A DNA stretch of 62,129 nucleotides, filler included. It is 9 parts of 9 records of this genome, joined end to end, with 100 filler letters (N's around TTAATTAATTAA, not from the genome) between each part and the next. Parts side by side here need not be neighbours in the genome. Positions count along the whole stretch, not along the records: positions 57,076 to 62,129 come from SRR7504441_3365; 8 more parts are not named here. The stretch is one strand, 5' to 3'. The first letter of the stretch is position 1. Each line of letters opens with the position of its first letter. Positions 57,253 to 62,129 of the stretch are shown piece by piece. The notes beneath the pieces were generated by a model. That model was given only the letters and a program-made list of their open reading frames with translations, searched no databases and was not told the DNA's origin. The translations under genes were made by a program, and so were the position numbers.

Positions 57253-59538
57253 TCAATCAGCCTTCTTGGCCGCACCAGTGGGTGCCACAATCGGCGCGCT
57301 CTGGATCGTCTCAAATCCAAACAGCACGTGCTTGAACGTGCGCCAGCCCTCGAGCTGCGAACTGGCCCGCTCCTCGCCAGCCGCCAGGTCTTCAGGGAAC
57401 GGATGCACCAGCCCGAGCGAGTGACACAGCCCGCGCGGCCGGTGGCTGGAGAACCAGTTGCGTATGGCCGACCTGCCCAGGTCGATGACATAGTCGTCGC
57501 AGCCGCGCGTGGAGATGATCTGCGGGTCTGTGTAAGCGTTGCCAACGCCCTGGATATCGCACACAAGCAGCTCCCCACCGCTGGCCTGGTAGGTGAAGTG
57601 TGAAAAGGCGGCCGGGGTCTCCGGGTGAGCGTCAGACATGAGCAGTTGGTAAGAGGGCATGTTGCCGTTGTACTTGGTGTACTGGCCCTCAAGGAATGGC
57701 TCAACGAGATAAAACGGCTTGGTGACTTGCTGGACCCGCTGGATCACCACAGCTGGACACATCGACACGCGCTTGGGTGGATTCATCGCATTAAACCGGC
57801 GGCACCAGTCGGCCGCGTCAAGCTGCATCCGAGCGTCTTGGAAGTAGACCTCGTCTGCCAGCCCCTGGAGCAGGTGGCTGCCTCGGGCCTCGAGCGAGTA
57901 CTGCTTGGCCACACAGAACTGCGACCCAAGCCCAAGCATCCGGTGCTGGTCGAGCACGCGGAATAGCACTCGCTGGGCACCGGGCGTGGCTAGCTTCATC
58001 TCTTTGATCTCCACCTTGAGTACCGCAGTCGAATAGATGTACTTGCCGCTGATGGTCTTGCCGTTCACACTCACTGAGATCCCGTTGGGATCGTGCTCGC
58101 TTGTGGGCAGCCAGACCCGCACCCGCTCGGCCTTGATCTTGGGCATCTGCCACTTGGAGAGCACCGACCGGTTTTTGAGCATTTGTCTGGCATTCGAGAG
58201 CAGCACGCTAATCCCCTGCACGCCAGCCTCCAGCCTGAGCAGCCCAAACATGGGCAACCCTTGCCAGTAGAGCACCGCCAGCCAGAACCCCAGCTCGCCC
58301 AGGCCCGCGAGTGGCAACAGCAGCCGCTCAAACCACTGGTTCCGCGGGAGCAGCCCACTGGCAGCCTTGAGCAGCCCAGCCAGAGTGGCGAGCACCGATG
58401 CCCAGCGCCAGACTGGCAGGCTATCCTGCTGGTACAGCGCCACCAGCCACCAGAGCCAGTGCGAGGAAGGCTCGCTGCGGTCGGGTCAGTCCGGCGTTGC
58501 GGTTGGGGTATCTCACCGGATCAGCGCGTGCGGCCACCAGATGACTTGTCTGCTGAGCACCTAGAACAGCTCAGCCCGCGCTGATGAAAGAGGAAGCCAC
58601 ACCTGGCCCGCCTGGACCGCAAACTCGCCCGCAGCCACCGCCCCGGCGAACACGAACAAATCGAGCTTTCTGACTGCGGTTAGGCCCATCTCGGGGAGAG
58701 AGAGCCCCTTCTGGTTGGGGTCGAGCCCGACGTAGTAGGCTAGCAGGAGGACCAGCGCGGCCAGCCAGTGCGCCACGCGAAGCGCGCCGGGCCAGGGCTT
58801 CCAGGAGGCCACCAGGCTGAGCAGCCCAAGCATAATCAGCTGCCCGGCCGCTAGTGCGAACATCAGGCTGTGCACGCCCAGAGGAGCCGTCCCGAGCCAG
58901 TCCGGAGGGAGTCTGTCAGGCTTTGGGCAAACTGGGAGCGCCAGGAGGAGCACAAACAGCTGAGAGGAGGGCGCAAGCATCGCACGGACCGCCAGCAGGA
59001 ACACCACCATCCCCTCCGGCCGCTGACTCACCGCCATCCCGACCGCGGCCAGCCCGCACCACACCAACCGCATCTCCTCTTCACAGAGCCACCGCCAGCC
59101 AGCCAACCCCTTCGGGCTGCTTTTACTCGGCAATGGCTCGGCCATCAGGGCGTCCATCGCCGCGTGCCACTGCTTCACAACTCCGGCCTCCTTGGTGTCG
59201 GTTACTGCGCTGTCTGCCACCAGCGGCCTGGCGAAGGCCTCGAGCAGCTCGGCGAAGGAGACCTGGCCGTCGTCGGCCCCAAGCTCGAGCATCTGGGTCG
59301 TATCCAGAACTAGCCCGCCCCCCTTGAGCGCATCGGCCAGTTCGGGCAGGTTTATCCGGCCGTCGCCGTCGAAGTCGATCCGGTCGAAGAACCGCTTCAG
59401 GTGCGTCCGCTGCTCCTCGGTCCAGGCGGTGCCCGAGGCCGAGCGGGTGAGCGTCCGCCGTAGCTGGCCTTTACCCTCCGGGACAACGGTCGAGGCCCGT
59501 CGGGAGAGCACGCGCATCAACGATCGGCTCGACTCCAT
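57253..59538 (-). CDS. EF-hand, multipass-membrane alpha-kinase (eEF2K/MHCK family)
   Basis: EF-hands DFDGDGRINLPEL and DDGQVSFAEL, then a hydrophobic region. Introns 58561-58602 and 58475-58516. Kinase motifs VAKQY, MQ..A....FN, EPFLEGQYTKYN, AFSHFTY...LLVCDIQG..YTDPQI. Confidence 0.88.
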
Positions 59539-59629
59539 GCCGCACACCCGTCCGGTCGACCACACGCCGGGCGGGTTGGTGATCAAGAAAAAAAAATAAA
59601 AGAGCAAAACTCAATGGGGGTGATGATCG

Positions 59630-60616
59630 ATGAGCAGTGAAGGGCCGGACCTGGAGGGGTGCGCTTGCGGGGGCTGGCAGGGGCCCACCGGCGCGGGCAG
59701 CGAGCTACAGGCAGCGCGGCTGCAGCTCAAACAGACCGAGCGCCGGGCGGCAGCCGCTAGAAAGACGCTGCAGGCCGAGCGGGCGGCCCACGCCGAGTAC
59801 CGGGCCGAGGCGGCCAAGACCATCCGGGAGCTGTGCGGCGAGCAACGGATCGTGTCCAAAGCTAACCGATATGGGGGCAGGACAGCTGCTGGCCGGCGCG
59901 GGTGAGGATCAGGAGGACCGGCTGGTGCTCGTCCCCGAGATGCGGCAGATGGTGCCCACCGGCTGCCGATTCATTCCTCAAGATTGATTCAGGTGGCCCA
60001 GCACAGCCAGCTATTGGACAAGCTCGACCGGGTGAGCCCAATGAAGCAGCAGGTGCTCTTTTAAAATCGGTGGCCCCCGGCCGAGCTGGCCGTCAGTTGG
60101 AGGCGGCGCAGCGGGCGATCGGCGAGGCCGAGCAGCTGGAGGCCGAGCTGGCTGACGCCCGGTGCGGCGGGAGAGGGGGGGGGGTCGGGGAGCGGGGGGG
60201 CAGTAAGGAGGAGGCGAGGCTGGAGCGACGGGTGAGTGAGGCACGGGCTGAGCTGGAACGGAAGCGCAAAGGAGTGTTGAGTGGGCCAGAGAGCGAGCAG
60301 GAGCGGGTGCTGCGGGTGCTGCACGGTCGGGCAACATAAAGTAACGGACAGGCCGAGTTGGAGCGGACCGAGCAACAGATCGCGGCCACACAAGCTAAGC
60401 TGCAGGAGGCCAAGGCGTTTGTGCAGATCAGGTCGCGTGCTGTGCAGTGACTGTAGCTCAACTCGGATCGCAGGTCCAAGTTCGACGCCCTTGAGAAACC
60501 AGAGCTGCGGCCATCGGCGTACCAGGCATATCTCGATACTGACTTTTGATTTGAAGGATCTGGATATGCAAAGCATGGTAAAAAGACTACTGCGTAGGCA
60601 TCTTTTCGTAAAATGA
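59630..60616 (+). CDS. Hypothetical coiled-coil protein (multi-exon)
   Basis: Charged heptad-like ORF fragments (ELQAARLQLKQTERR; EEARLERRVSEARAELERKR) separated by intron-like segments, with an AT-rich region after the stop. Confidence 0.5.
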
Positions 60617-60766
60617 TTGAACAGTAATATAATTCAACGCACTGCGATAAAATCCTCGAAATCCAACTTTTGATGGTTCTTGGAAAACGTCAATGAGCGA
60701 TGGTGGCGATACCGCCCGACCTGAAGAGAAGCAGAAAGCTGCAGCTTGAGCAGGAAACAAAGCGCT

Positions 60767-60787
60767 AGTCCGTTATCTAGGTAACGG
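60767..60787. promoter_or_regulatory. Candidate promoter element: inverted pair of Myb-like TAACGG sites
   Basis: CCGTTA-TCTAGG-TAACGG about 20 nt upstream of ATG 60807. The same core recurs upstream of other gene starts. Confidence 0.4.
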
Positions 60788-60806
60788 CTGGGGCTCGGGA
60801 TCAGCG

Positions 60807-62129
60807 ATGTGGAGGACAGCCACGGAACGCAGAGTAGCGGCCGAGGCAGCCGAGGCGGCCACCGCACTGGCCACTGCCCGGGCGGCGCTCCCTCCGGATC
60901 TCGCCGAGCGGGCGCTCGAAGTCGGCCGGCGACTGGCGGACACCTGAGCGGGGGGCGCAGGTGTACAGACTGGCGGACCCGGACGGATATCGCGAGGGCA
61001 GGCGGCTGCGGCCGGTCGATCTGGCGGTGGTCACCGGACTGGGGCGAGGGGTCGATGGCCTGCACCTCCCCTCCGCAGACCCGAACGGCGAGGCAAGCCG
61101 GCAGCAGCGCCCGGGGCCTGAGCCCGTCGCAGGTCTCCGAGGCCGCCTGGCTGGGCTGGGTGGTCGCGCTGGCTGGTGCGGCGTTTGCCGAGCCTGTTGG
61201 TTGATATGTGGTGGGTCAGGGGCGGGGAGAAAGACCGCACTCCCACGGGCGCGCCAGGCTGTCGAAACGTTGCACGAAGCAGCAACCCGGACGGCTAACG
61301 CGGCCAAAGGCGACAGGGCGCTGCTGCCGGAGCAAGCGATTGAGCTGGAGCAGCTGACTGCCAAGATCCAGGCCGGGCTGGGTGCCATCGAGCGCGCTAG
61401 CTGTGTCCCGCCTGACCAGCAGACCGACGGGATGGATCAATTGGCCGTGCTGGCGCTGCTCGGTGGGCAGTGCCACCGGATCCTGCAGCTGCAGCCAGCA
61501 GCAGTTGGGCTGGTGTCGCAGCTCGAGTGGAGTGCCAGCTTCGGGCTGGTCCGCGAGGCGCGAGGCGGCGAGTATCTAGACTCGCTGTTCCGTCATCTCT
61601 CGTTCCAGGCGACCTGCCAGCAGCCTCTGACCAACTGGGTTGCTGCAGGTGGACGCTGCCAGCGCTGCGATCCAGGCGGCCAGCGACAGTCTGGCTAAGG
61701 CGGCTCCGACCGCTGCGGCCGCCGAGCTTTGGGCCCGTATATGTCCAACGGTCCGACCCCCACCCAGTGTGTCGGCCCAGCCTGCGGGGTCAGGGCGAGC
61801 GCATTGCCCGGAGCAGCCTGGAGGCGCTTGTGGCGCCGGAGTCGGCCACCGCGCTCGCCCGGCTCGAGATCGACACCGCCGGGCAGGTCGGGCTTGTGCA
61901 GTGGGACAGCTGGGTGCGGCAGCTGGTGAGCCGGATGGGGGCGCCATACGCTGGTGGGCTGCTCGACCTTATTCGGCTGAGGGTCGACCAGAACGGTCAA
62001 TCCGGCTCGTCTGTGTGCTGCTTACCCCGGGGGCAGTGGCGCCGGCGCCTGGTCTGGAGCAGGAGATAATCGCAGTGTTTGATTTGCTCAGTGAGGCCCC
62101 GAGGCTCGGAATCCCTGACAAGGCTCCGG
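60807..62129 (+). CDS. Hypothetical protein (multi-exon, probably 3'-partial)
   Basis: GC-rich coding-like ORFs with intron-like breaks. The ATG follows an inverted TAACGG pair. No domain recognised. Confidence 0.4.

Noticed and set aside
38171-58563. In-frame stops between same-frame ORFs (38171, 41995, 55924, 58561) suggesting readthrough or an alternative genetic code
   Set aside because: Each lies within a plausible 3n intron, and TAA, TAG and TGA all terminate genes normally in this window.
57253-59538. TRPM6/7-like channel-kinase
   Set aside because: No pore loop or TRP box is recognisable in the TM region.

Overview
Eukaryotic (protist-type) genomic DNA, most likely a metagenome-assembled or draft genome. 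Nine contigs are joined by an artificial 100-nt linker (44 N + TTAATTAATTAA + 44 N), so adjacency across linkers means nothing. The genome is compact: many spliceosomal introns of about 35-55 nt (several with GC donors), head-to-head gene pairs only 66-151 nt apart, and a recurring YAACGGA motif upstream of starts. About 25 genes can be reconstructed. Ordinary ones include a homocysteine S-methyltransferase, exostosin GT47, NSUN2-like methyltransferase, DCAF8-like WD40, AIG1/FAR-17a, TPR-DUF4470, DEAD-box helicase, BDP1, CTD small phosphatase, RMI1 and four secreted CAZymes (QRT3-like, an unclassified GH, GH79, GH3). The unusual ones are multidomain signalling proteins: (1) a two-pore-channel-like channel fused to extracellular Cache sensor modules and lacking S4 charges; (2) a >3500-aa vWA/Ig-like/PT-stalk 3-TM receptor with a cytoplasmic PAS array and no recognisable catalytic output; (3) an EF-hand multi-TM alpha-kinase; (4) an ankyrin + 4x SpoVK/CbbX-type AAA + SAM protein; (5) an LCAT-like enzyme fused to a tetraspan domain. 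One intron looks newly created by exon-end duplication around a (TAG)n filler. All domain calls come from motif recognition by eye, not database searches.
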